Assembly: GCA_965202585.1 (NCBI GenBank)
Contig: OZ241831.1
Coordinates: forward strand, 28,520,001 to 28,584,000
Length of the DNA: 64,000 bases
Source of the DNA: Thalia democratica
Taxonomy: Eukaryota
Direction: 5' to 3'
Part shown: in pieces, positions 14,341 through 27,949 of the stretch
How the letters are laid out: each line of letters begins with the position of its first letter
Position numbering within the stretch: position 1 is the first letter of the stretch
The notes under the pieces: model-generated
Seen by the model: the letters and a program-made list of their open reading frames with translations, nothing else
Databases searched by the model: none
What the model was told of the DNA's origin: nothing
Program-made: the position numbers and the translations under genes

Positions 14341-16099
14341 ATTATTTTGCAAACTCTTTTAAAACTAATAATTACATTACAGGCTCCAGTTTGCCAACTT
14401 CATTAATAAAACTTGTAGTTTAAGGTAAAGGATTAATCATTGCGTCTGAAATAACTATTATTGTTTAAAGAAAGTTCCAAAGAGGCTTTTTTGATTTTCT
14501 GTAATTTTTAATTGCTTTTTATAAATAATATTTTTTAAATCTAGAAGTGACTCTGTAAATGTTTTTTACTGCCTTAAAATTTACACATATAGTTTTTATG
14601 ATAAATGTTACAAAGGGTTTCCACTCTTTGAGTCAAAAACTGTCCTGAGTGACCTTAAACTACCCTTAGTCATCCTGAGTACTTTCAAACCCTTAAAAAA
14701 AACTAACAACTTGTAGAAATTAATGAAAGTCACATTTTCAACAAATTGCTTATAAAATAACAACATATTTGAAACTAAAGCAACTAAATTCCATCCAAAA
14801 TCTATAGAAAAAATTATCCTGCAATTTTTATATGTTCTAAAACTATCGTGAGTTAGGCAACGCCTAATGCTGCGGACAAGGATTGCCATGATATCAAATA
14901 AATAGAATTTAGTAAATTTAATGCTTTGCTTTATAGAAGTTTAATTTTTATATTTTTATTACTAAGAAATAAAACACATGAAATCAAATATAGAACTAAT
15001 ACATTTGACACACTTTCATCTAAACAACCTGTTTGAAAACAAACTTAGTTGTGCTAATAAATTGTTACAACAATGGCAATAGCTAACTGTAACTTGAAGC
15101 TTACTACTTTTTTGTAAAAATAAACTTGAGGCTCTTTTGTTAGCTTCCTGCTTTATTTATTAACCAATGGGTTTTACCAAACCACTTGTTCATAAATCCT
15201 AGTCAGCACGAATTAAACAAAAAGTAAATTATTTGCAAGTTATTTTAAGGTACTTTGAAGGCATTTGATGATTACATCAGCACTTTAGCTCTTATTTTTA
15301 TTGTTTATTTGCATCACCCAGAATTTAAAGATTAGATTTTGTATAGAAAGACATGAACTAAGACAAGACTTAGTAAGAACTCCTAAAAATATTTGGTTCT
15401 AAGCTTTTGTTTGGTGACAAAAACTACAGAACCCTAAAAATTTAATTGTGATTAAAGATCACAATAAACACTGTCTTGCAGAAGTAGATCAAAACTCTTC
15501 TAATCTAGGAGTTAGAAGAAAGTAGTGAATGAATAGTAAAAAAAATATATATATATAAGTGTTTTTGTGCTGTTAAGTTTTTAATAACTTAGAATAGTGG
15601 TATGTAGGTATTTAATGACTAAAAACCAAGTTTTTTTTTTCAATTTGTAACAAATATTTATAAACTTTAATTCTGTTTGTTTTTAATAAAATATATATAC
15701 TAATAATAAAATCAACTAAATTTGTTAGTATTAACTTGTCATAAAACTCACAATATAAAATATAATAAACTTAAATTAACGTTATACTTTTACCCCTAAT
15801 TTGTAATTAAAAAAAAAATTAATAATAAAATGAATTATTGTTAGTCAAACACAGTAACAAAAAGATTAAAAACAAAATTAATTAATAAGAAATATAATAT
15901 ATTTTAATAAACTATAACAATCAATCTTTCATTAGCAACACAATTATAAAATAAAAGACCATCACAATATGCTGTCAATAAAAAAGGAATCAAATTTCAA
16001 CACAAATGCAACATATATACAGTTGTAGGTTAGATCTACTCTATGTAGTTGTTTAACAAAAAGTTTTCATAACTAAATTTAAAACAACCTTTATTTAAT

Positions 16100-17330
16100 T
16101 TTTTTTAAAGATTTAGGGAAACTTGACCAAAACTTTGAACCCAAGTACATAAAGCAGTTTAGGCCAACTCTTGTTCTAGGTCTTTCGATTACAAAATTCA
16201 TTTTCTTTGAAAACCTTGTGTTGTATAAGTGAACAGAAATAGCAAGTCTAATTCTATTGCGCTTCATCAAACCCTCTTATAGTAATACGCATCAACTTAG
16301 GAATTTGCAATTTGTACTCATCGTTTAATTTTAGCACACCAGTTTAAAAAAAAGGATTTGTTGTGGTTAAGGCAGGCACACAACAAAGATATCTGATTAC
16401 TCTTTTTTGCACACAAACAATTGGTTTTAAGTAACAGTCAGTAGCACCACCCCAAGCAGATATACAATATTGTATGTGCAGATAAAACCAACTATAATAA
16501 ACCATTTTCAGTGTAATTGTGTTAATAGAATATATCAATTTTGCCAAAACATAACAACTTCTAGAAAATTTGATTTCAGAGAACTCAAATGTCTCTTCCA
16601 AATCAGCTTATCATCCAAAACCAAACTTAAGTATTTTATACTATCACTCTGCTCAATAACAAAAACACTTATCTTAACAATAAATTCACAATTTTTTCAA
16701 GTTTTATTGAAAAGCAAAAATTTTGTTTTTGAATAATTAATAAAAAGTTTATAAGCATTTAACCATTTATTAACTTTAACAAATTCCTTATTAATAATTT
16801 ACTTTAAATACTCAGGATCACTATGTTGGTAACTTAAGCAGGCATCATCAGCAAACAATCTTATATTTATCTCAGTAGAGGAATAAATATCATTAATATA
16901 CACAAGAAACAACCATATACCCAAACAAGAACCTTGTGGTGTTCCAACACTCAAATTTCACTCTCAGACACAACATTATGTATAACAGTTGATTGGCTTC
17001 TATCTTATAAATAGTCTTTTAGCAAATTTAACCTTGAAACTTTTATAATACATTAACTCATCAACAATCTGATTCACAGTTAGTTCGATTGTAACATTTT
17101 CTCTAAAACCATATTATTTCTCATGAAGAACCTCATTCAGCAAAAAGAACTTTTTCAATCTCTCACACACTGTCACTTCAAACTGATTTTTTTTTTGAAA
17201 ATGGTGATAAAAGAGTAATAGGTCGGTAGTTATTAGTGTCATTTTTTAACCAGTATTTATAATTTGGGATTATCTCAGCAAATTTAAGAGACTCAGAAAA
17301 CACACTATCCATGGTTGCCACTGATCAAGC
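16100..17330 (-). mobile_element. Degraded CR1/L2-type LINE, RT and 3' coding region
   Basis: Minus-strand motifs NYRPIT (~17220), GTPQGSCLG (~16930), FADDA (~16845) and ...MVYYSWFYLHIQYCISAWGG. Many stops and frameshifts. Same family as 21700-22380. Confidence 0.85.
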
Positions 17331-18299
17331 TGAGAAAAATTTCCTGATTTTTTCCAAAATTTTCTTGACTTCTCTTAATCAAACTCTTAAATTAAACTTA
17401 TTCTAAAATACATATTCTAACACTTGAAACTATAAACAAAACAACATATAAGGAACTTTTATAATTAAAACCTTAAATCAATAAGGAACTTTCACAACTC
17501 AAACCTTAAAACAATAACGAACTTTTACAGTTTAAACATTAAAACAATAAAGAACTTAATCAAATACTGTTTTTTTAAATGGTGTACTGAAATTTATTTT
17601 CTACGTTTTTTTATTAGCACTTCAACATTAAATGGTTTTGTTCATCTGAACTGCATTCCGCTTCATTTTATTTGCAGTTAAAATTATTTGCCTCATTTTA
17701 TTTAAATCGCTCTCATCTACTGCCCCTACACTTGTTGAAGAGAATTTTTCTCTAAATCAAGCCACAACTTGTGGGCTTCATTTCTTTTCTTTTGGTACTC
17801 ATTTATTTTCACTTCATTTATAAAATATTTCCTCTTATCATCTACAATAAATTTTGTAACAAATAAATATACTCTTATTTACTTTAAAAACTTAAGTTAC
17901 TCTACAAAATATACAAATAATAAGTAAACCTTGGCATATACGTCTCTTATAACTTATTTTATAAGTTTAAACAACGTTGAAAAAATTATAAAGATGTAAA
18001 ATATACACATTAACTTGTTACATAAAATACTAAACTAACTGCTTAGTTATAATGAACTCAATTATTTACTTAAACAAAAAACACTTTGATTCTAAAATTA
18101 TGCTAGATAAACTTTTGTGTATATATCACAGTTTCACTATGGAAGTGTCCTTGCTACAGATCATCAATACTAAAAAGCTTACAAAATCTGATTGTTCAAG
18201 TAGGGTACTTGTTCAATAAGTTAGTAGAAAATTGTTGCAGTTTTGTAAAGGATATTTTACTAATTCATACCAGATGAAGGCATTGGAAATACAATTAAA

Positions 18300-18535
18300 T
18301 ATTTTGTAAATTTATAGGGAAATTTTGTAATTTTTTTCTGACTTTAAAGGACTTTTAATTAATTTTTACCATTTGAAGGGTTTGGAAAACAATAAATTTT
18401 GTAAATTTAATCTGATTTTTTTTTTTTATCATTTTTCCTGACTTTTTTTCAAAATCCCCCATTTTTTCCAGACTTTTGTCATTTTTAAAAATTTTTCCTG
18501 ACTTTTCCTGATTTCCTGATCGAGTGGCAGCCCTG
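18300..18535. mobile_element. Right end of a CAGGG(C/T)TGCCAC-type TIR element with ttcctgact subterminal repeats
   Basis: Ends ...cgagtggcagccctg and is preceded by several ttcctgac(t) repeats. No matching left end with a TSD was found. Confidence 0.5.
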
Positions 18536-19059
18536 ACTATCTCAGTGCATTTATCAAATAATTAAAGAATAAACGATGAACTTTACCGCAAGATCAACAA
18601 CAGGTAAGGAAAAAATATTTTAGCACTAAGCTTCACAAAACAAATACTAGGAACATTAGAACGCAAACTTTCATTTAGATTCATAGTTTTAATATTATTC
18701 TGAATCTCATTACCAGAAATTTTAATAAAAACAAAAAAAAATTTTGAGCCAGAACTTTACTCATCATTCTTTACATCAACAACATCTTTTCTCTCTCTTA
18801 CAACAATTTGTCAGCAATATTTTTTTTTTCATTAGATTGCTAACACATTTTGGGTCATTCACATTTTTACCACACTCATCAAGCACACCTTAAGTTCTAC
18901 AACTAATGATAGATTTAGTGGAAACAATGTTTTCAGAATTTTCTATAACTTTTTACTATTTTCTTTATTACTTTTAACTAGTTGTTTATAATAAAGTCTC
19001 TTGAAACATTATTTTACTCATTAAAACTATCAATTTCTTATTTATAACACCACTAATTA

Positions 19060-20083
19060 CAGTAGACTACCGCTTAAGTACGCACTTTTTTTGGTACGCA
19101 CCCCGCCTTAAGTAGCACTTATACAGAAAGACAAAATCGAGAATCCATTCTCATTTCTGCATTGAAAATCCTAAGAAGTTCCCTCATATTATCACGGGAG
19201 ACATATGTTGGCCTTAGTGGTGCAACTTTACCTTTATCCTTAAAATTGTTCCACAGAGTCATTTTCTGACGCTTACCATCCATTTTTATAAAATTTCTAA
19301 GTTTTTTTTATTTAAAAACTTTCAGAATATCTGCAAAAGAAAGGCTAATTTTAATGTGACATAATATAAAACTAGTTAACCACAAAAACTAGTTACAAAT
19401 TTTATAAAGTCAAAATAAACATATAAAAAGAAACAACAACAACAATAACAAAAAACTAAAGTTGAAAAAAAATTATGAGCATCTTATCATTGTGCACTTA
19501 TACTATAAATATTTCTACTGATATAAACTTTCTTACAAAAACATTCTTGAAACGTTTTTCTTTCAAATAAAAGAAAATTAAACACATTGACTTTCTAAGC
19601 TAATGGAAAATTATAATAAATGTATTACTATCTAAATTAGATGTTTAATAAAAGTCTCAGCTATAAAAAACAAAACTAGGTTTATTCTAAACCGAAACAA
19701 TTTAGCAAACAACAGAAAAATGGTTTTAAGTAACAAATAAAACTAAACTTAGCTTGACTAGCAATCTATTCAGAACAAAATAGACTGACATTGACTTTCT
19801 ATATTAAATGTATGTATTAATTATGTAAAAACTTTTTATAGAAGAAATGAATCATTTTAAAATCTATTAAAAAAATTTGCAGATTAGAATTATGTATTAA
19901 ATATTATTTAAAATAAAAAAAACTTGTTTATTTGGCTTAATTATTTAGAAGCTAGTTGTAAAAAAGAAAACAAACAACTAAATTTCATATTTTATTATGT
20001 TGTCAAAAAGTACGCACTACCCGTGCTAAGTACGCACTTTTTGGTCGGGTTCAATTTGCGTATACTTAAGCGGTAGTCTACTG
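19060..20083. mobile_element. Tc1/mariner (pogo/Tigger-like) non-autonomous element
   Basis: TIRs cagtagactaccgcttaagta ... tacttaagcggtagtctactg, TA flanking both ends, and repeated aagtacgcac subterminal motifs. Confidence 0.85.
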
Positions 20084-20265
20084 TATATCTTTTAATTTAA
20101 TAGTAATAATAAATTAAGGAAATATTCTTTAAAATTATCAAATGCAGAGCTTGTGTCTGTAAACATTAACAACTGTAAAAGATTTATTATTTTCAAGTTT
20201 AAAAGATACTTTATAAGTTTACTTTTTATTTTTTTTAATTACTTATGATGGTTATCACAAACAGA

Positions 20266-21240
20266 GGAGACGGTGTGGTGCCCATGGTAGACTATGGTTC
20301 TATAGTCAATATTGGCAGAAATGGGTATAAAAAAAGAGGACACAACAATTTTTTCTTTTTTTTAATAATTTTGTTTTGAGTTAATTTAGGCCATAGGGGT
20401 GGTAAGCCATGTTTTTTACAAGTTGATCTTATTTTATAGAGTTTTTAATAAGCTTCAAGTTGTGATTTACGGTTTTAAAAAGTTTAAATTATATTTTGAG
20501 ATACAATTGGTCAAAGTCGGCTGCATAATAGGTTCTTTATGGGAAGCAAAAACTAAAACAGCAAAAATAGACTGTTCTATTTAATATCTATCTCCTCCTA
20601 CATTTTTCAAGCAATCTTTTTAAATTTTTACAGTCTAATCTTTATATATTACAGAAAAAAGTTACTTCAGAATTAAAAAAATCTAAGTTAAAATATCTAT
20701 TTTTCGAGGAAAAAAGACATTTTTTTTTGTCAAATAGTTTATATTTTTTTAAATTAATAAAGTTAATAAGTAATTTTTTTCTAATAATTTAAGGAATATT
20801 TTCTGAAAATTTGAAGAAGATTGCTTTAAAAATGAAGAAGCAGATAAATTTTTAGTGAATTTTAAAACTTCCAAGAAAACTGAACCTGAAAATGTGTGGT
20901 CTATGGGTTTGTTTTGAAAGTTTTTTTACAAAATATAAATATCTCAAAATTTTAATGATTTTTTGAATTTTATAAAAACTGGCCTGTAGTTTGTACTTAA
21001 AGCTTTCATATAAAAGCCAAAGTTGATTTTTGTGAAAAAAAGAGTTTGACACCCCTATGGCCACAAGTGTTACTTAGGAAAAATAATATCAATTTATTTT
21101 ACATTGGTTTTAAGTTTCTTTTTTATTGTTTTAATTTAAGCTGCTCAAAAGTTTTATAAAATGTATGGTGTGAGTCTTGATGACCAAAAGGTCTTTTTCT
21201 ACACCAATCCATTAAAAATAGTTGTGAGCATTTACATTTT
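20266..21240 (+). mobile_element. SINE-like repeat (copy 1), interrupted by a TIR element
   Basis: The head ggagacggtgtggtgcccatggtaga...ggcagaaatgggt and the downstream structured motif (21166-21206) both recur, without the insertion, at 23507-23790. Confidence 0.55.
20389..21062. mobile_element. MITE with 13-bp TIR GGCCATAGGGGTG
   Basis: ggccataggggtg at 20389 and cacccctatggcc ending at 21062. Absent from the paralogous copy at 23507. No clean TSD. Confidence 0.6.
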
Positions 21241-21699
21241 TCTTTCTTTCTTTTTAATTGGTGTAGGTTGGTTTTATTATTTTTATTACTTTATTTTTTA
21301 TATAAACTTTTTTTATTTGTTTCTTGTATATAAAATTTAATAGTGTTGTTTTGTCCTCATTGACAGTGTGGTTAAACAAGTAGATGTATTATTTTTCATT
21401 TTTAATTCTATAATGTAGTTTTTTGATTACTAGATATTAAGTGTTTATTTGTTTCATATGGTAGAGATTCTAAATTTAGATGTAAAAACTTGATATTTTT
21501 TAGACATTCTGGTTATTTAATTTTATTTGTAAAAAAATAGTTTAGGTTTACTAACAGTTTTATAACTCAATTTAAATACTTTTATCATACCTTTTTTTTT
21601 CAGAATATTTGTTAAGTTTTATTTTGTTTTTTTAATTTAGCTGTTTAGTGTTAGGAGTGATTTTATTAACTATTCAAAAACTAAATTCTTGCTTTCAAC

Positions 21700-22990
21700 G
21701 ATACTTCTAAAAAATGTGATTTTAAAGTAAATATAAATGGAATTGCTCTTGAACAGACGGAAAGTATAAAATATTTAGGTGTGGTTTTGGATGAAAAACT
21801 GAATTGGAGGGCTCACTTAAGATCTCTTAAATCAAAGCTGTCTAAAAGTTGCTTTGTGTTGTCAAAATTCAGGTACTATTTGGATGTGAGTACACTTAAA
21901 ATGGTGTATTATAGTTTGTTTTATCCGCATATTCAATAATGTATATCTGCTTGGGGTGGTGCTGCTGACTGTTACTTAAAACCAATTGTTTGTATGCAAA
22001 AAAGAGTAATAAGGTATGTTTGCCATGTGCCTGCTTTGACTCCAACAAACCCACTGTTTGTGAAAACTGGTCTGCTGAAGTTGAATGATGTTTTTAAATT
22101 GCAAATTTGTAAATTGATGCAGAATAGTATGACTGGATTTGATGTTGAGCATAAAATTTTTACTCTTGCTAGTTCTCTTCACTCACACAATACAAGGTTT
22201 TCTAAAAAATTAAATTTCATAACTGAAAGACCTAGAACAAGACTTGGCCTAAACTCCATTAGGTATTTGGGTCCAAGGTTTTGGTCTAATGTCCCAGAAA
22301 ATTTAAAATATTAAAAAAAGATAAGTTTAAATGCGGTTATACAAATTTTCTATTAACTGGCTACAAAAAATGAAACTTGAGTGCTTATAATCATATGCCT
22401 GAGTACATTGTTTTATTGTCTTATTTTTTGTGCATAAACTAGATTAGTTGTATATTTCGTTTTCCCTGTTGATTTCTGTATAAATTTAAGTTTAAATATT
22501 TTATGTTATTTATATTATTTTTATTATATAAAGGAACATTTCTGTTGAGATGTTGTACTTATTCTAAAATAAGTTTGTTAAGAGAGAAATTATTTGTTAA
22601 GGTTTTAAGTACTGATCAAGGTTTATGTTAACTTAATGCTAGCAATAAATTACATTAGTTTTTCTTTTTCTTTTAGAAGTTTGTTGTTTTGTAGTTATTT
22701 TTTTTTAAATGATACTGCTTAATGGTGTATTGCTACTTAAATTTTCAACAGCTAATTGTAGAATCACTTGGTGGCAGTGATATCATAACTGGATTGTTGC
22801 TATTGTTTTTTTGTTCAGTACGTCCGCAGCACTTGCTTGGGGATTTGAGCTTCAGGATTTTCCCACACTATGTGGTTTTTAATGTTGAGATTTTAACCTT
22901 GTGAGTGTTTGCCAAACGACGTGTCACCAGGGTTTTTTTCAATCAAGGGTTAGGATTAGTTTTTTATTTTTATTTTGGTTAGTTAAAAGT
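21700..22990 (+). mobile_element. 5'-truncated CR1/L2-type LINE (RT C-terminus plus probable 3'UTR)
   Basis: IKYLGVVLDEKLNWRAH...MVYYSLFYPHIQ*CISAWGG...HSHNTR...YLGPRFWSNVPE; one stop near 21935. The extent of the 3'UTR is approximate. Confidence 0.85.
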
Positions 22991-23052
22991 TTTTTTGTTT
23001 GTAGATAGAATTAGTTTTATTTTTTTAAGTAAAAGGTAAAACTTTTTCTTAG

Positions 23053-23145
23053 CAAATCTAAAGATAGAGCATGTGGAATAACACGTGATGAGCTCAAACT
23101 CACTTGCTTGACCTTCAGAAAGCGTTTATTGTTGCAGAGGGGAGA
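23053..23145 (+). CDS. Candidate isolated 93-nt symmetric exon (xKSKDRACGITRDELKLTCLTFRKRLLLQRGx)
   Basis: Acceptor actttttcttag| and donor GA|GTGAGT, open in one frame, locally higher GC. Confidence 0.4.
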
Positions 23146-23506
23146 GTGAGTTTCTTCTAATGTTTTTCTACCTTAAAAAAACTAAGTAGTTTAAACAAAT
23201 TCAAATAATTATTAGTTCTAGATTTTATAGATTGTTTCTATCTATAAAGCAGTTTAACTCTTTTTTTTGCTCTAATTTTCATTTACCTACAAACACATAT
23301 ACTAGAAATTTAAAAACACTACTTTAAAATACATGGTGCTCTTACAGTTTTATGACATTACTAAATATTTTATGTATACTGACATTATCAACTCTCCCCA
23401 TTTATTAAATTTTGAGATATTTTTTGCATTTTTGTGGTTGCTGGTGTAGAGAGGGCAACAAGAAAAATATTAATGTACATGATCATAAAAATCAAAATTT
23501 AAGGGA

Positions 23507-23790
23507 GGAGACGGTGTGGAGCCCATGGTAGAATATGGTTTCTATGGTCAATATTGGCAGTAATGGGTTAAAAAATGGTGCTTACCATTTTTAAACTTAA
23601 GAAAAAATTAATTCATATTTAGTTATTTTTGAAGTTTTTTGTTTCTATTTTTTCATTATTGTTTTAAAGTTAGCTCAAAGTATTAGTTACAAGTAAATGG
23701 TGTGCAGCTCAATAACCTAAAGGTCTTTCTCCACGCCAATCCATTGACCTTAGTTGTAAGCGTTCACATTCTTTTTTCTTTCTTTAATTT
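23507..23790 (+). mobile_element. SINE-like repeat (copy 2, uninterrupted)
   Basis: Same head and structured motif as 20266-21240, separated by an AT-rich linker. Confidence 0.55.
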
Positions 23791-23916
23791 ATTAATATAG
23801 TATTTTGTGTTACTACCTTTAGGTTTTACTTTTGATTTCAAAAGAAAAACAGATCAAGATCATTATTACATTTTTAACATGGCATTGTTTAGCTAAAAAG
23901 TGCTACCATACAGGCA

Positions 23917-24239
23917 CAGGGTTGCCACTTAATTTTTTCAAAAAAAATTCCAGGTTTTCCAAATTTCTTCCAGGTTTTTAAAAGTATACATTTTTAGGTC
24001 TATTTATGGTTTAAGAGTTAAGTTAAAGGTAAGAAACTATGTTAAAAAGTACAAAAACATTGAAAAGATACTTTAAAGCTACTTTAAATATGTTTTTTAA
24101 TAAAAAAAAATGATGATGACAATTTTTTTTTATTTATATGATAAATTTTTTGAGTCACATTGAAATTTTACTACTAAACATGTGATAATTGTTAAAATTC
24201 CAGGTTTTTTCTCAAATTCCAGGTAAAGTGGCAACTCTG
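23917..24239. mobile_element. 323-bp MITE with 6-bp TSD CAGGCA
   Basis: TIRs cagggttgccactt ... aagtggcaactctg, internal ttccaggtttt repeats, caggca at 23911-23916 and 24240-24245. Confidence 0.85.
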
Positions 24240-27044
24240 CAGGCAGTACCAGTACATACCTAGATGGGAGGTTGCTGTAAATCACATTAAGAGTACATGT
24301 TAACTTTACATTACTAATGTTTACATTTCAAATAAAGCATTTAAAAATTTTTAAATTTTTAAAACGTAATATTACTTTCTTAGACTATTAACATTCATGT
24401 TTACTAGCTTTGCACAAGAAAGAAGAGCTATAGAAAGTTAAGATTTAAGACCTCGAAAGTTTAAGATTGAACAAAAACTTAAAACAAATTATAACAATAA
24501 AATTATTTACTTTTATAATTTAGATTTTTTTTTTTACTTTATTATGTACTACTTTTTAAATTTAAATGATTCGTAGTTTTAAGAAAAAAATAAAAAACAT
24601 ATACATTTTACTTATAAAAAACTGCTTGGTGATGAGACTTCTAACAAAAAAGATATCTATTAATCTTAACTTAACACTTTTTAAAATACTAAAAAAAGTT
24701 ATAGTTTAACTTTTTTCTAATGCCATCCGGCTAATTGCGATAGAAATGTCTTAATATAGGCTCCAAATGCTCTCTGATTTAAATATTTTGAATTTAGAAC
24801 CTAATGGCAACACATAATCAAAATAAATTGAGCTTTTTTTATTTAAAAAAATTATAGTATAAAAATCTATTTATATGTTTAAAAAGTTAATTAACTATTA
24901 ACAAATTAATTTTTATTATTCATAAGTGTTTTTTAGTTTTTTTTACGTAGTAAACTGATGGATTAGTAAAGAACGCTCTGTGTCTGTGCTATTCTGAACG
25001 GTTCTAACACGTCATTCATAATTCTTTTTATTATATTCATATTTTAAAATCGTCCTGCGTTTTGCTTTAAAACTACTAATTTTTAAGAGTTTAGCAACTC
25101 TGCATTAAAAATGAAGTCTCACTCAACCAAACAAACATAAAAATTTATGCTTTATAGTTAACATGCCATATTTAAAAAAAAAAACAATAAAAAAGAAGGG
25201 CATCCTAGTTTGAAGATCACTAGAAGCCACAATCTCTGGCTACTTAAAAACTTTTTTTAAATAAAGGCCAGCTTAGGTTAAAATGAATTTTTTTAAATTA
25301 CTTGTATTTTTAGATTTTTACAAAGCCTTTTCATTTGAGTAAAAAAAAGAAGTAATCTAAAGTAATGATGTAAGTAAAAACTAAATTTTTGTCTGAAACG
25401 ACATGACCAATTTCTAGCCAACATTGAAAATTGTAAGTTTGTAAAATTAAAGTCTCCAATGTTTTTTTTTTTAAATGTAATGCAACGGTTGTTTTTTTTT
25501 TACTTATAGTTTAATTGTTTTGAATGTCTTATGTGTAAAGTTAGCCACCAAAACGATTGCTTACGCAATTATAAGTTATAAGTTTGTTTAAAAGTCAAGA
25601 ATAGTATTCAACAGTAGCTCAAACTAAAACAATTTTAATTTAGTGACAATTTTAGTTGTTGATAAGATCTTACCTGAAGTCATAATTAAACCTATCTTGC
25701 ATGTTAACTTATTAATATTGTCTGTTTATTGATTTGCTATAAATATTTTTTTAATTTTCTTATCTTTCTAAACTATTGCTTGTTACATTTAAAGTTTTTA
25801 TAGTTCATACATTAGTTAAAGTTTTTAAAGTATTTTACTCTTCTAGTAATTATCACTTTAGGTGAGAGTATATAAAGTAGTTTTTATTTATATTTTAAAT
25901 ATTGTTGTTTTTAGTTTATAGATCTATAATTAACTCAGTTTGTTTCAAAACTTTATGGGTTCTCAAAAGTTCAGCATCGAAAAAAGAATAAAAAACTGTA
26001 TAATTAATTAAGCAATTTATCTATATACAAATGAAATTCACACTTGATTTTTACACTGTAACTATTGATAATGATGAGTTTCGCCAAATCAGTGTTTATT
26101 TTAAGTTGTCTAATCTCATATTTCATATTAAAAATCTTCGAAATTGCGATAAAATTTATTGTTCCTTATAGTGTAGATAAATGAAATTGTTTTAAATTTA
26201 TAACAAATTCATTAATTTTTCACCAAAAACAATACATAAATATAGGTAAATAAAATTATTATAATATTTATCTCATCTAAATTAACTACTGTGTTCTTCT
26301 TATTTCTATATGTAATATTAATTAGTTTTATTTCCCTACGCCTCCCCCCTAACAGAATTTTAATTTTATTTTATTAAATTTGTACAAATGTGTTAGTATG
26401 TTTTAAGTTATCGCCTTTTATATAAACCAAATAAGGTCAAATTTATTAATGAGTTTTTTTTTATAATTGTAATTTTAATAATTTTTTTTTGCTAAATATA
26501 AATGTATTTTATATTATTTTTGTTTTTCTAGTTGTGTGTCCTTTTTAAGTGACTCAGGTTTTGATGCCTGAGTCCAACATTGCACAATAAAAATATAATA
26601 ATGTTAAACTATATAGACGTTTTAAAACTTTACCAAGAGATAAATTTACTTAAAAATACAAAAAAAATTGAAAGAAAATAAAAATTATCAGTTGTATATT
26701 CAAATATTTTTTGAAAAAAAGTTTGGATAAATAAGCTATTTCTAGTTAGTTCTTTTAGTTACTTTTAGTCCAAAATTGAACAATTTTAGTTCTCAACTTA
26801 ATGGATAATTGAAGATTTTTTATTTATTATATATTTAGATTTAATTACAACTTTAAATACGACAAATTTGTATCCGAAGAGCCCAAGAGGGTAAAACGTT
26901 GCTTGTAAAATATGTGAATAATAAACTATTAACAAGTTTTCAAAATTCCTAGCTACTCGTTTGTTAATAAAGATCCTAGCGAAGCAAGTTCGTTGGAATA
27001 AGTAATAAAAACAGTTTTCGTAGTAATTTTCTTTATTGAACTGT

Positions 27045-27400
27045 CATATATTTCTGTGTGTTAAACGAGTTAACACACTTCAACGAAAATCTGTAAAAAA
27101 TATAAAGACTGCAAGAAAAGAATAAAACATAAAATAGGTGGTAATGTGTTTAGAAACTTTAATATGAAACTATTAGCTTGAATTGTTTAGTTTTAATACT
27201 GTCCCCATTACTTTCTTCGTTGTAAGTATTTAGAGGAACTTACTATGATATATGATGATACTAAGATTAAAAGCAGCATATTTTTACTTTTAGTAAATGC
27301 AAATACTTACCTACATTCTTTCCTTGTAGTATTTATTTTTTTACAAAACTCCATTGAACTGTGTATAACTCGTTTAGCACACAGAAAAATGTGTCAACTA
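27045..27400. mobile_element. MITE with ~90-bp imperfect TIRs containing a gtgtgttaa-acgag-ttaacacac hairpin; single-arm copy at ~58960-59060
   Basis: 27049-27130 aligns to the reverse complement of 27310-27400 and to 58960-59060. Confidence 0.55.
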
Positions 27401-27949
27401 AAAAAAAAGAACTGCACATAAAATTTCAATTTAATAAGATATCGAACGTTAGTTAAAACTAAGTAAGTATTTGCTATTTTTAAATAGCTAAAAGAGTAAT
27501 AATGTTTTCAAAACACATACGTTTTAAGTTTCACAAAGTATATACGTTTTATAATGCGTCTAATTTTATTGTTCTAGGCAGAAAAAATCTGTATTTAAAA
27601 AAAAAAAAACTATTTTGACGTTAGATTATTTTGAGTTTTATTTAATGTATATTTTTTTTATTATATACTGTTATGTCTTTTGTCATTGTAAATACTTTTT
27701 TTGCTTATCTCTTTTTCTTTACTAAAACTGATAAGCAAAAAAAAGCTTAACAAGTGGAGCTGGATCATTGAAAGATCTTACTTTAGAAATGGTTGTAATT
27801 AAATTAAGTTTGAAATTAATCTAGTTTCACAAATTAACTACTCAAAAGTTCTAAACTAGTTTAAATATTTTTTTTTTCTTGATTCTCATTTAAAAAGCAG
27901 AACAAAATTTCTTAAATGAAATAAATTTTTTCTAGTGCATAAATTATTA

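Noticed and set aside
14608-14889. 93-aa minus ORF resembling an ion-channel or polycystin S3-S4 segment (GWNLVALV...KGLKVLRMTKGSLRSLR)
   Set aside because: The LR repeats are the antisense of tcctgag repeats next to agggtttccactc, which looks like a TIR-element left end with subterminal repeats. No convincing splice sites were found. It cannot be fully excluded without RNA data.
14613-18535. Single large TIR element from agggtttccactc to gagtggcagccctg
   Set aside because: The ends match only partially and the flanks (gttaca vs actatc) give no TSD.
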